From Chiloscyllium plagiosum (taxonomy: Eukaryota): 34,672 nucleotides of DNA. Positions 1 through 12,120 of the stretch are shown in pieces. The first letter of the stretch is position 1; every line of letters begins with the position of its first letter. The notes under the pieces are model-generated. The model saw only the letters and a program-made list of their open reading frames with translations, ran no database searches and had not been told where the DNA came from. The stretch is from the NCBI RefSeq assembly GCF_004010195.1, contig NC_057718.1:56622076-56656747 (forward strand), given 5' to 3'. The translations under genes and the position numbers were made by a program.

Positions 1-281
1 TAGGTTTAGGGTGAGAGGGGAAAGATATAAAAGAGACCTAAGGGGCAACTTTTTCACACAGAGGGTGGTACGTGTATGGAATGAGCTCCCAGAGGAAGTG
101 GTGGAGGCTGGTACAATTGCAACATTTAAGAGGCATTTGGATGGGTATATGAATAGGAAGGGTTTGGAGGGATAAGTGCCAGGTGCTGGCAGGTGGGACT
201 AGATTGGATTGGGATATCTGGTCAACATGGACAGGTTGGACTGAAGGGTCTGTTTCCATGCTGTACACCTCTACGACTCTA
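1..281 (+). mobile_element. CR1 LINE 3' end
   Basis: Encodes the CR1 ORF2 C-terminus (RGNFFTQRVVRVWNELPEEVVEAGTIATFKRHLD), then 3' UTR and a ctacgactcta tail. Confidence 0.9.
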
Positions 282-475
282 TAACAAATTGAGGACTCTG
301 TGGGATTTTGAATCTGAGCTCAGACTGATATGCTGGAATTTGCTAAAGTTTCAGTGGACAAGGTTTCACTCTAACCTTTGCTATATTTATTGAAGATATG
401 AAATAATTTTATCAGTTACTGTAACATTTCTTGAGTGGGAAGGTAAATCTGTATTGTGTGTGTAAGCTCTGTAAA

Positions 476-835
476 TCCGTTTTTTAGATAGTCTCACACA
501 GGGCAGCTCGCAACTTTAATGCTTTATCTGGGCCGACACAACACCAATTGTTAAAGTTAACTTGAGAAAGTAACTTTTTAAAAGTTTTGTGATTTGTCTT
601 TGAACGAACTGAAACCATCGTGGTAATTCTAAAAGATGAGAGACTTAACAAACAATCCAGGTCTTTTTCAATATATAATTTCAGTTACATCACACTGTAA
701 ACTTTGCTAGAAATTCTGTGTCTTATGATCTTATACTCCACAACCACCTGATGAAGGAGCAATACTCCAAAAGCTAGTGCTTGCAAATAATCCTATTGGA
801 CTATAACTTGGTGTTGTGTCATTTTTAACTTTGTC
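476..835 (+). mobile_element. Penelope-like element terminal fragment with hammerhead-like motif (745-779)
   Basis: Homologous to 2113-2310 and, inverted, to 34165-34375; contains CACCTGATGAAGGAGC...CTCCAAAAGCTAGTG. Confidence 0.7.
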
Positions 836-961
836 CCTAGCAAACTCTCAAACATTTGATTCTGTCTTTTCCTTAGATTTAGAAGTTCTAATCTATGGGC
901 TTCTATGATTCACTTAAATGTGTTACTTACACAGTCTTGACCATCTCATAATTTCCTAAAA

Positions 962-1125
962 TTTTTAATTCATCCATGAGATGTGGACATAGCTAACTGG
1001 ACCAACATTTATTTCCTACTCCATGTTGCCAAGCTGCCTTCTGGAACTGTTGAATTTCTTGAACATTGGTAGTATGCTAGGGGGAATGTTCCAGCATTTT
1101 GACCTAGTGACATTGGTAAAACAAC
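962..1125 (-). mobile_element. Decayed LINE 3' tail (same tail as the SINE at 10870-11766)
   Basis: attcatccatgagatgtggacat...aacatttatt resembles the reverse complement of 11700-11760. Confidence 0.55.
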
Positions 1126-1134
1126 AATACAGAC

Positions 1135-1520
1135 TCATAGAGTCTTAGAGAAACACAGCACAAAACAGACCCTTTGGTCTAGCTTGTCTATGCCGACTAG
1201 ATATCCTAAATAAATCCAGCTCTATTTGCCAGCATTTGGCCCATATCCCTCTAAACCCTTCCTAGTCATATATCCATCCAGATGCCTTTTAAATGTTGTA
1301 ATTATAGCAACCTCCACCACTTCCTCTAGCAGTACAGTCCATACATGCATCACCCTCTGCATGAAGAAGTTGCCTCTTAGGTCCCTTTTAAATCTTTCCC
1401 CTCACATCTTAAACCTAAGCCCTCTACTTTTGGACTCCCCCACCACAGGGAAAAGACCTTATCTATTTACCTAATCCATGCTCTCAATATTTTGTAATCC
1501 TCTATAAGATCACCCCTCAG
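1135..1520 (-). mobile_element. CR1 LINE 3' end
   Basis: Reverse complement of the family at 1-281 and 21352-22262. Confidence 0.88.
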
Positions 1521-1585
1521 CCCCGCCCCCAAGCCTGTCTGACACTACCTCGCTCCCAAACCCATCTAACACCACCACCCCCACC

Positions 1586-1619
1586 NNNNNNNNNNNNNNN
1601 NNNNNNNNNNNNNNNNNNN
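1586..1619. other. Assembly gap flanked by C-rich imperfect repeats (ccccaaacctgtctaacac-like)
   Basis: Run of N; related units at ~1527, ~1555 and ~1629. Confidence 0.95.
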
Positions 1620-2112
1620 ATCCCAGGCCCCCAAACCTGTCTAACACTGCCTCCAACACCGTCACCCCGCCCCAAACACCGCCCCCAACCCTGTACAGAC
1701 CCACCCGTCTCTGGGGCAGCTGACTGGACACTAACAGAAAGACTGCTGCAGCTGCCTTTGTTGGGTAAGTCTCCAAATAGAGCGCACACGCGTGACACAC
1801 ACACACACACATTTTTGCTTCAACTTTTTGACAGTTCCACCTTAGCCCTGTGCAGGACAATGTTGGAGAGATTATCTGGGAAAGGGAGGTTTAGGGTACA
1901 CCCCTGTGTAGAACCCCAAGGAAAGTGTGGGGAGAAAGAGAGGGCGGGCAGTCAGTCATTTGGAGACGGTGCCTGTTTAATCACTGTAAACCAAAGACAC
2001 GATCACTGTTGGAAACACATCTTTGATGTAATGTTTCCATCGGAACCTCAAGATCTCCTTTGGATAATCCGATTTTCGGATAATTGGTATTCGGATAATT
2101 GAGGTTCCTCTG
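1620..2112. mobile_element. Tigger/pogo-like non-autonomous DNA transposon, one end visible
   Basis: Minus strand TA|CAGAGGAACCTCAATTATCCG terminus with three subterminal GGATAAT repeats, ending at TA 2113-2114. The other TIR is not seen and the left boundary is uncertain. Confidence 0.6.
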
Positions 2113-2310
2113 TATATAATTTCAGTTACATTGCACTGTAAATGTTTGCTATAAATTCTGTGTCTTACGATCTTATACTCCACAACCACCTGATGAAGGA
2201 ACAGTGCTCCAGAAGCAAGTGCTTCCAATTAAACCTGTTAGACTATAATCTGGTGTTGTGTAATTTTTAACTTTGTACACCCCAGTCCAACACCAGCATC
2301 TCCAAATCAT
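2113..2310 (+). mobile_element. Penelope-like terminal fragment with degenerate hammerhead motif (2187-2221)
   Basis: Close copy of 672-835. Confidence 0.7.
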
Positions 2311-3414
2311 TGCTTGGAACAAGTAAATGACTATTGCCATTATTTTATGAAAATTAAATAGAAATTCAAAAATGAAAGGGAAATGATATTAAAGCAAAAA
2401 TTTTTAAAAATATTTTCCAGTCGGAATTAAAACATACTTAAAGGACAATAAAGTCGAAGGTAAGCCATTTTTTGCCTGATGGTATGGTTTAACTAACAAC
2501 CAGCTAGATGGCAGCAAATCATGCTTTGCAAATCCACAACTGAAGTGATAGCAGAAAAGAAAAAGCACATGCTCCCTGAAGTGGTACGTAATGTCAAGCG
2601 TAGGAATGAGTCAAGCTGACAACATATTGTCATTGTCATAAAGTTGATTTAAAAGCAGTTTGCTGGAATTTAAAAATCAAAATATAATTTCAGTAAATGT
2701 GGCTAGTGTTTCTCTAATGAGTACTGTACCAAGGAGTGAAATTTATGAGAAAGAATTATTATCTAATGTATTTACATGAGGTAAATAGGGTAGTAAAGGA
2801 ATACAAAATTTCAAGTTTGAAGGGGGAGCTATTCCATATTTATCCAAAAGGGAAGTGCCCAAAAACATTATTATTTTGAGAGATAACTGGTTCAATGCAG
2901 AGATGGATATTACCAAATGATTTCTTCAAAATGTTTACTGAATAAAAATGTATTAATATTGGGCATTGATGAGAAACATGTGCTGGTTCCATGGTGTACA
3001 GTGAATTTAAACTGTACTTTCATTGAGACTTTTCGACTGTTGGTGCTGTTTCCAAATGCTTACTAATTATACAGCAAAATGATATTGCGGGGTTGTGATC
3101 TTGGGTCAATATCCACAAAAGTGCCTAAAGAATCTCAAAACTACTCTCCCGGAAGGGCTGACACCTCAAACTAACCACATGGTGTCATCTGCACCATATT
3201 TTGAATTAAATATGCAAGACACAGCATACTGAAGCAGGAATCCAGACAAATGGACAGATTAAACAGGATATTGCAAAATCTCAAAACTGCAGTGTGAAAA
3301 ATTCAAAGTGTTGGAATGTAAAATGAAGGCTCAACATCAAAAGCTATTGGCATTGCTCTGAAAGATTTAAGTAAATATTCTTCTGAGTAGGATTGGGAAA
3401 AGTTAAAGGATTAT

Positions 3415-3577
3415 AAACAAAAACTGAAATTGCTGGAAGAGCTCAGCAGGTCTAACAGCAACTATGGAGAGAAATCAGAGTTAACGTTTTGGGTCCAGTG
3501 ACCCTTCCTCAGAACCATTCCAGTAATTTCTGTTTTTGTTTCTGATTTCCAGCATTTGTAGTTCTTTCAGTTTTTAT
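3415..3577. mobile_element. Short Penelope-derived element with inverted arms; hammerhead motif on the minus strand at 3480-3515
   Basis: aaacaaaaactgaaattgctggaa is the near reverse complement of ttccagtaatttctgtttttgttt. Minus strand reads GTT-CTGAGGA-AGGGTC ACTG GACCC-AAAACGTTA-AC. Confidence 0.7.
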
Positions 3578-4234
3578 GAAAATTAAGCCTTTCTGCTTGA
3601 ACATAAAAAGGCTCTGATGATATTTTTAATTTGGGTAACAAGATTTTGACCCACAAACAAATGAGTTGTTTGTGCAAAAAAAGCCATCTGAAACTTGTCA
3701 TTTCAAAGAGAATGTAAAATATTTGAGTTGGGAACATGGTCTCTCTTTAAAATAAATTATGCCTGCAGTTAAGCATGAAGGAAGAGCTTTCACATAAGAT
3801 CACAAGAAATATAAAATAGGAAATAAGAAACAAATAGGAGCAGGAGCCTTCCCCGACATCAATAAGATCATGTCTGATTTGCCCAAGCTTCAATGGCTCT
3901 TTTATGCCAGCTCCACATTGTCCTCAACTCCTCAATATTTCAGAAGTCTATCTACTGCCTCTTTAAGTATTCTAAATGATCTAGACTCCACAACTCTCTG
4001 AGATAGAGAGTTCCAGATAGACACTGCCCTCTGAGAGAAGAAATTCCTTCTCAGTTTTAAATGAGTATCCTTTTATTTTGTAACTGTCTCTTAGTCTGAG
4101 ATTTCCCCACTAGTAGAAACATCGTCATACTATCAACACTGTCAAGCTCCCTCAGAATCTTGTACATTTCAATAAGATCACCTCTTATCGGTCTCTAAAT
4201 TCTAATGCACAAATACCTAACCTTGTAGCCATTA

Positions 4235-4572
4235 AGGGTGACATGTTGGCTCAATGATTAGCACTGCTGCCTCACAGTTCCAGAGACTGAGGTTTGATTC
4301 CAGCCTTGGGTGACTATCTGTGTTGAGTTTGCACATTCTCCCTGTGTCTGTATGGGTTTCTTTGGGTGCTCTGGTTTCTTCCCACAGTCTAAAGATGTGC
4401 AAGTTAGATAGATTGGCCATGCTAAATTACCCATTGTGGGTTTGGTGCATTAGCCTTGGGAAAAGCAGGGTGACAGAGTAGAGAGAGATGGGTCTGGATG
4501 GGATGCTCTTTGGAGGATTGGTGTGGACTTGTTGGGCCAAATGGCATGTTTCCACACAGTAGGGATTCTATA
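4235..4572 (+). mobile_element. HE1-type V-SINE, full length
   Basis: tRNA-like head (A box tggctcaatgattagc, B box ggtttgattcc), V-domain gagtttgcacattctccctgtgtctg...cccacagtctaaagatgtgc, CR1-like tail. Confidence 0.88.
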
Positions 4573-6522
4573 TAAACAAAAAAAAATTCTTAACAAATTA
4601 ACACTTTTTTTCTCAGGAATCAAGCTAGTGAATCTCTTTTTAACTCCCCCTAATGCCAGAATATTCTCTCTTAAATATGTGAATCAAACTGTACACAGTC
4701 TCAACACCCTATACAGTCATAACTAGATTTTTATATTCCAAAATTTCAAGATTTTGAATTCCAACCTCATAGCAATAAAGGTCAAAATTCTATTTGCCTT
4801 CTTAATTGCTTGTTGCATCTGTCTGCTAACTTCTTGAGTTTATGCACAAAAACACCCAGATCCCTCTGTGCTGCACTTTGTTTTTGAGTCTGTCTTTCTT
4901 TAAATAATAGCCTGCCTTTTGATACTTGCTATTAATATACCTGACCATCCATACATGCCCATGTTAAACTCTATTTGCCAAGTTTTTACTCACTCACTTA
5001 CCTATCTGTAACCCGTTGCATATTCCTGATGTCTTCATTACCATGTCTTCCCATTTATTTTTGTATCATTTACAAATTTGGATATGTTACACTCCACACT
5101 CTCCTGCAGATCATTAATATAGATAATAAATAATTGAGATTGTAAAACTGATATTTTTGGCTATCCACTGGTTACATCTTTCCACTCTGAAAAATACCCA
5201 TTAATTCTGACTTTCTGTCTATCTGTAAACTAATTTTCAGTAACTAATCCTCAATCTGTGCCAATGTCTTATACCTGAAGCCACGTGCAATATACATTTT
5301 ATGTGGTACTTCAAGTGACTTGTGAAAATACAAATACACTACATCAATAGATTGCTTCATAAACTCTGCTTGTTATATCCTCAAACCTAGCAAATTTGTC
5401 AAATTGATTTCTTTTTCACAAAACCAAATTGACTACTTAAAGGAGTGAGGTGAGGGGTTGTGTGGGAGGGGATATATGGCTCAAGAGAGACTATTAACAT
5501 TTTCAGATCAAGTAATAGGACAGAGGATATGGAAAGGGTCAGGAATTTAACATCAGGCACAGCAGACAAGGAGACAACAATGAGAAGGGAGCAGTCAATG
5601 CAGAACAAAGGGTGTTGTACTTAAATTCACACTCTATGAAAAAAGCTAAATAAGCTTGTAGCACAGATTAAAACTGGATTGCACATTAGTTTGTCAAATA
5701 CTCTATCTCTTCTGTTACAGACTGTTACAAGCCCTTTCCTCCCATTAGCACCTTGCTTTTCTGATAGCTTTGGGATGTTTATACTGTTATTCACTATGAA
5801 GACCAAAGCAAAATATTGGTTTATATTGCTTATTGTTTTGTAGTTCCTTTTATCATTTCTCCAGTCCTGTCCTCTAAGGCTCCCTAACGTACTTTAGCTA
5901 CTCTCTTTTTATATACACATAGAAACTCTTGTTCATTTTTATATTTCTTGCCGATTTACATCCATAATTAATGTTCTCTCTTGTATCAGCTTTTTAGTCA
6001 CCTGCTGCTGGTTACTAAAAGATTCCCAAACCTCTGACCTACCATTAGTTTTTCCTGTTTTGTATACTATATTTTTTGATTGGATACTTTTCTTCATCAC
6101 CTTTGTTAACTATGGGTGGTTCATCCTCCCTTTTAAGTTCCTGTTTTTGTCTAGGCTAAACTTAACATTATGAAATATCTACGTAAATGTCCACCACTGC
6201 TCATCCGCTTACATTCCCCTTATTTTCCTAGCCTGGTTTAGCCAATTCTTTCTTCATACCTCTGTAATTGCTCTTATTTAAACTTGAGTTTGAGACTCAA
6301 GTTGCTCTCTCTGAAACTGAATCTGAAATTCTACCATGTTGTGACCATTACCCCTAGATGATCCTGAATTATAAGATTTTTTACTCATTCCACCTATTTC
6401 CAGGTAGGTTGTGCAAAGAACACAGCCTGTTCAAAGAAAAAGTTCCTGATGAATTCTACAAATTAATCTTTTGTGTTACTCTGATCCATCTGATTTGTTC
6501 ACTTAGTACGCAGATTAAAAAG

Positions 6523-6906
6523 GAGAAAGTGAGGATTGCAGATGCTGGAGAGTTAGTATTGAAAAGTGTGGTGTTGGAAAAAGCACAGCAGGTCAGGCAG
6601 CATTTGAGGAGCAGGAGAATCGGACTTTTCAGGCAAAATATGGAAGGGGTTTGAGAGATAAATAGGGGGTGGTGATGAAGCGGTGGGATGGCGATAGATG
6701 GATGCAGGTAGGAAGTGATTGCGAAAGGTCGGTGGGGAAGATGGAGCAAATGGGTGGGAAGGAAGATAGACAGGTAGGTCAGGTCAAGAGAGTGGTGCCC
6801 AGTAGGAGGGCTAGATCTGGGATTTTGTGGTGGGTGGGGAAATTTGGAAACTGGTGGTCACTGTTGATGCTGTGTGGTTGTAGGGTGCTGAGGCGGAAGA
6901 TGAGGC
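6523..6906 (-). mobile_element. Penelope-like element 3' fragment
   Basis: Minus strand encodes the GIY-YIG C-terminal motif LIFRLSTLQPHSIN; terminus is the reverse complement of 10330-10425. Confidence 0.75.
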
Positions 6907-7439
6907 CCGTGACAATTGGAGCGACCTTCTTATACATCTCCATTACTTCCCAATTTATACTTTGTATTGTAGTGAAGCAACACTTTGGTAGCCTGTAGAT
7001 GATTTGCAGCCATAACTTCCTTCCCTTGCTATTCCTTTTTTCACCCATCACTATCTACTGCTCCTACTTCTCATCATCACAGATACCTTTCTTTATTGAT
7101 AATGTTACCCCATCTCCTTTACAGTTTGCTTATTTTTCTGGAACATTGGATAACCTTGATTACTGAGTTCTCAGTACGGGTCACCTTGGAGCCGTGTCTC
7201 TGCAATAGCTATCAAATCATATTTCATTTATTTTTATTTGTGCCATCAGCTTGTTGGTCTTGCTACAATGCTGCATGCATTCAGATAAAATACCTTAAGC
7301 GTTGTTACCATTATTCCCTATTCAGATTTTAAATTCTGCTGCACTCCTATGCTTATATTTTCTGCCCCTTCCTATCACACTTTGATTATTGTTAACCTCT
7401 TCACTCCCTGCACCTCTGCTTTTAATTAGGGTTGGAAAT

Positions 7440-9490
7440 ATCGTATCTGACCCTGATTGGAAAATCTGGGCCAATCCAATCAAGCGGAGTCAACATAGTT
7501 TTTCAAAGGAATCTATGTTTGACAAATTAATTAGCATTTTTTGTAGGTGTTACAAGCAGGGTGAAGAAAGGGGAACCAATAGAAACAGTATATTTGAATT
7601 TCCAGAAGAAATTTGATGAAGGATCACATAAAAGGTTTATACACAAGATAAAAGATCATTGTGTTGGGGTAATTTATTGGCATGTTAAGACAATTAGATA
7701 ACCAAGAGGAAATAGGCAGTCAGAATAAAAGGTCATTTCAGAAAACTAAGTTGTAACTAATGGAGAGCCTTGGGGATCAATGTTGGAATTCAATTATTAA
7801 TGATTTGGATGAAAGAACTGAGTATATTGTAGCGAAGCTAGTTGTGAGAACGCAAATGGCAGAATCTTGTGCCTTTCCCCTTTGAGAGTTTGGTAACAGA
7901 GGCGTTTCATCAGGTGGGCGTGGCAAGGTGGAGTCCAGTTGCCTACCTGTCTTCATCCTGATTAAGTCCATGGTGGGAAAACCCTTTGTTGATCTTCATA
8001 ACCTTAGCCTCTCTCCACCCATCATTGCCTCCAGACTTTACTTACATTTGCTTTGGGATCCAGCAAAGTCTTTAGCCTGTGGTGTGTGTTGTACTGCCAG
8101 CCAGCACAGCATACCTTGTGACTCTGTTATCTGATAGTTTTGATTGGTCAGCATCTCTCGGTGTATGGGGCTTCCAGTTTCTATTTTCTTTCTCTTTGTT
8201 GTTGATAGAGACATTACCACTGTGCCACAAAAGTCCCTTGAGTGAAGCATACTTGTAATAAATATTTTTCTCATCAACCTTTTAGAGATGTTATGACACA
8301 TCTCTAGAGCAGATGGAACTTGAACCTGGGCCTTCTGGCCAAAGGGTAGGGACACTACCACTGTGCCATAAATACTTATTTGTACTATATTTTTCCACCA
8401 CCAGATAAACATGCATGTGATGATTGAATGTTTGTATGCAAAGCCTGTTAAGGGCAATGCTGACATCAAAAAGTGAAGTGGATAAGGAGAGTGGGAGGGG
8501 TCTAAATCAAAATGAAGTTGGATGAGGAAATAAAGCACTGTATTCCCCACAGTGACTTCTATCGTTTAGGCTCTTTGATCTGAGGGTAAGGCTTGCAGAT
8601 AACTGTCAAGTGTCTGATAAGCACATGATGCAGAAAGCCTCCATGAAAAAAAGGCTCTCAAGCCAACAGTTGGAAAACACAAAATTCTAATGAGGGACTG
8701 CCAAATGCTGTGTCACAGAGAGATCTGAGTGTCCTCCTTCATGAATCAGCAAGTAGTTACAAACCCAAATGTAATGTTGGTCTTTACTGCATAGGGAATA
8801 GAATATAGAAATAGATAAAACTTGTTAGAACTGTATAGGACATGATTAAACTACACCTGGAGTAAAATATACAATTTTGGTCTCTTAAGGAACAATATAG
8901 TTGCAAAAGTTGCAGTTCAAAAATATTGATTATGTTAATTCTTGAGATTACAGGGGCTGTTTTATGAAGAAAGATTAAGTGGGTCATTGCAGTTCAGAAG
9001 AATGAGAGGTGATCTTATTGAAACATGAAAGATTCTGAGGGGCGCTTTACAGGCTGAAGATTGAGAGGATGTTTCCTCAGCGTGAATCTAGAATAAGGAA
9101 ACACAGTTTCAAAATATGGAACTCTCCAATTTAAGATAAAAATAAGGAGAAATATTTTCCCTCAGAAGGTCACTAATCTTTGGAATTCACTACTTGACAA
9201 CAGTAAAGGCTGGTTCATTAAATATACCTCAGGCTGATATAGACAGATTTCTACAAAAAACATGGAAGTGCTGGAGAAACTTAACAGGTCTGATAGCATT
9301 CTTGGAGAGAGAACAGAATTAACATTTTGAGTCCTATGAATCTTCTTTGGAATTAATTTTTAATTGACAAGGGATAGTGAGATTATGGTACAGACAGAAA
9401 AGTGGAAAGTCAGTCAGTCATGATGATGTTCAATGTCAAAACTGCCTTTAGGGGTCAAATGTTCCATCCTATTCCTAATTTTAATGTTTT
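7440..9490 (+). mobile_element. Decayed CR1 RT-to-3' fragment, interrupted (7855-8650 and 9255-9350)
   Basis: Degenerate SQHSF / YLNFQK.FDEGSHKR / IINDLDE RT motifs; 3' region at 8990-9490. Confidence 0.7.
8205..8370 (-). mobile_element. tRNA-derived SINE heads (two, tandem)
   Basis: Minus strand TGGCACAGTGGTAGTGTC (A box)...GGTTCAAGTTCC (B box); a second A-box copy at ~8210-8228. Confidence 0.65.
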
Positions 9491-9589
9491 TACATTCTTA
9501 CAAGCAGTCTGCTTTCTCTCCATGTGACACAATAGAGGATGCACTAGGGAGAATATGGGAATTTGCCTACAGGATGTGTGATCATCTCA

Positions 9590-10102
9590 TAAACATAGAA
9601 AAAAGGAGCAGGAATACTCTCTGGGTGCAGATATTTCTCCTCATCTCAGTCTTAAAACGTTTACCCCTTAATCTTAAATTATAATCCCTGGTTCTACAAT
9701 CCCCACCAGCGGGAACATCCTTCCTGCACCTAACCTTCTAGTCCTATTTCAACTTTATAAGTACGTATGAGATAGAGTCAAGCAGATGTACAGCAGGGAA
9801 GCAGACCTTTCGGTCCAACTCATCCATGCTGACCAGATATCCTAAATTAATCTAGTTCCATTTGCCAACACTTGATCCATATCCAGATACCTTTTAAATG
9901 TTGTAATCGTACGAGCCTCCACCAGTTCCACTGGCAGCTCAATCCAAACATGCACCGCCCTTTGTATGAAAACGTTGTCCCTTCGGTCCCTTTTAAATCT
10001 TTCCCCTCTCACCCTAAACGTATGTTCTCTAATTCTGGACTCACCCACTCCAGGAAAAAGACCTTGTTATTTACTTTTTCCATGCCCTTCATGATTTTAT
10101 AA
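9590..10102 (-). mobile_element. Two CR1 3' fragments (older 9590-9770, younger 9773-10102)
   Basis: ORF 9842-10048 (FIQRAVHVWIELPVELVEARTITTFKRYLD) is CR1 ORF2 C-terminus. Confidence 0.85.
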
Positions 10103-10109
10103 GGTAATC

Positions 10110-10425
10110 CAACTTGGTACTGCCCTCTTGACCTGTCCAACATCTTTCCCATCTATCTGCTCCACCTTCCTCTCCGACCTCGTGCCACACCTTCATCTAC
10201 CTATTGCATTCTCAGCCCCCCCCCCCCCCCCCCCCCCCCCCCACACACACACCAACCTTTCTCCCATTTATCTCTCAGCCCTCCGGTCCACAAGCTTCAA
10301 TCCTGAAGGGTTTATGCCTGAAATGTTGATTCTCCTGCTCCACCAATGCTGCCTGATCTGCTGTGCATTTCCAGCACCACACTCTCAACTCTGATCTCCA
10401 GCATCTGCAGTACTCACTTACTCCT
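10110..10425 (+). mobile_element. Penelope-like 3' fragment with poly-C tract and degenerate hammerhead (10302-10330)
   Basis: Same family as 6523-6906, opposite orientation. Confidence 0.7.
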
Positions 10426-10800
10426 AGGTTCTATTTTGAGGTAATCTCTTGCCTCAATATTGTGTTTATGCCTGTCTTAACCAGTAATGCAGCTCCATTG
10501 CCTTTTACTTCTGACTGTCCTTCCTAAATACAGAGTACTCCTGGATATTCAATTGCCATCTGTGGTCATTCCGAAGCCATGTCTCCATAATGCCAATGAT
10601 ATCATACCTGTTTACATCTACGTGCAGGATTAATTCACTCACTTTATTTTGAATGCTCTGTGTATTCAGGCACAGAGCTGTAAGGTTTGTCTTTTTAACA
10701 TTCCATATCCCATTCCAAAGAGTTTTTGTTTTTACTGTGGCCTTGTTTGATTCTGGCCATTGACTGCCCTGTCTCCCACGTCTCTTATTCCTATCTTTTT
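10426..10800 (-). mobile_element. CR1 ORF2 endonuclease N-terminal fragment
   Basis: ORF 10505-10876: LCLNTQSIQNKVSEL...YDIIGIMETWL...YSVFRKD. Confidence 0.85.
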
Positions 10801-10869
10801 TCTTGTCTCTGTCATCCTTTTGGCCATATGTTAATCCAACATATCCTGTTTGGAGACATAGATAATGCT

Positions 10870-11766
10870 TTGGCACCTGGATTTGAAACCCACCATATCA
10901 TATGGTGTTATTTAAATTCAATAAAAGTATGGATTGAAAAAAAAGTCAAATGATGAAGTCATTGTCAACTGTCAGGAAAACCTTAAACCAAAAGAGAAAA
11001 TGCTGGAAAATCTCAGCAGGTCTGGCAGCATCTGTAAGGAGAGAAAAGAGCTGACGTTTTGAGTCTAACTGACCCTTTGTCAAAGCTAAAAAAAAGGGAG
11101 AAATAGGGAGGTATTTATACTAGGCTGAGAGAAGGTGAGTCATGGCTCCAGAAGCAAAGGTAGCAATAAAGAAGTGATAATGACAGTGCATAGAGAGATT
11201 ATAGGGAGATTAGGAGCTGTGAATGACCGAGGCTGAAGCCAGTGCTATGTGACAAAATATGTGGGGGATGGGTGAAGCAGAGACAAAATGGAAAACAGGG
11301 GAGAAGGGTAGCAAAGGGGGAAGAGGAGAGAAAAAAGGTGATAAGAGAGTGCAGAGTGAGAGAGAGAGAAATCAAGAAATATGAGGTACAGACAGTGAAA
11401 AAAAAATGTTTAAAAATAAAAAAAGTAAATAAAATAAATGAAATAAAATTACAGAGCAGAATGAAAACAGAGGGGTCGAGATGGGATGATCATTTGAAGT
11501 TGTTGAGTTCAATGTTGAGACTGGCAGGCTGTAACGTGCCTACTCGGAAGATGAGATGCTGTTCCTCCAATTCCTCAGGAAAACCTTATTTGATTTACTA
11601 ATGTCCTTCAGGAAAGGAAACTGCCATCCTTACCTGGTCTGGCCCACATGTGACAGCAGACCCACAACAATGTGGGTGACTCTCAGCTGTCCTCTGGACA
11701 ATTAGAGATGGGCATTGAATGCTTGTATAGCCAGTGATGCCCACATCACTGAATGAAAAAAAAAAT
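10870..11766 (+). mobile_element. Shark SINE split by a Penelope-like insertion
   Basis: The two halves rejoin across the duplicated tcaggaaaacctta; 3' end gccagtgatgcccacatcactgaatg(A)n. Confidence 0.7.
10986..11574 (-). mobile_element. 5'-truncated Penelope-like element with 14-bp target-site duplication
   Basis: Minus strand ELEEQHLIFRVGTLQPASLNIELNNFK* (GIY-YIG C-terminus); hammerhead motif at 11049-11087; TCAGGAAAACCTTA at 10972-10985 and 11575-11588. Confidence 0.85.
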
Positions 11767-11991
11767 TAAATCCTGAGGTAACTACATCCTACTTTTCAGC
11801 TGGCTTTCTCACTCCCTATATTCTGCTTTTAGGACCTCATCCTAAACTTATGTAATTGGTTACAATGTGTCCACAACAACTAGCTCTTTACCCTCCCCCT
11901 TCAAAATGTCCTGCAGCATCTCTGAGATATACTTGATTCCAGCACCAGGGAGACAACATTCCATCTTCTCATTTGTTGCCACAGAAATGAC

Positions 11992-12120
11992 TGGATGTAG
12001 GTTTGCTCACTGAACTGGAAGGTTCATGTTCAGACATTTCATCATCCTACTAGGTAATATCTTCAGTGATCCTCCAGATGAAGCATTGCTGATGATTCCT
12101 GCTTTCTTTTAATATGTTTG
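11992..12120 (-). mobile_element. Penelope-like terminal fragment of another family; hammerhead motif at 12031-12068
   Basis: Minus strand CA-CTGAAGA-TATTACC TAGTAG GATGAT-GAAATGTC-TG. Confidence 0.6.

Larger units (their letters stand above)
3830..7400 (-). mobile_element. Old, near-full-length CR1 ORF2 relic interrupted by later insertions
   Basis: 3' end near 3830, degenerate RT region ~4600-5430, endonuclease N-terminus (KVFYLNACSI...IAIAETRLQGD) at ~7180-7300; many stops and frameshifts. Confidence 0.7.

Noticed and set aside
4235..4310. tRNA gene (also 8290-8370)
   Set aside because: A and B boxes belong to SINE heads and continue into SINE body sequence; no cloverleaf is evident.
10216..10242. 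Poly-C runs (also ~28353-28373) as functional G-quadruplexes
   Set aside because: They are expansions inside repeats, and homopolymer length is unreliable in assemblies.
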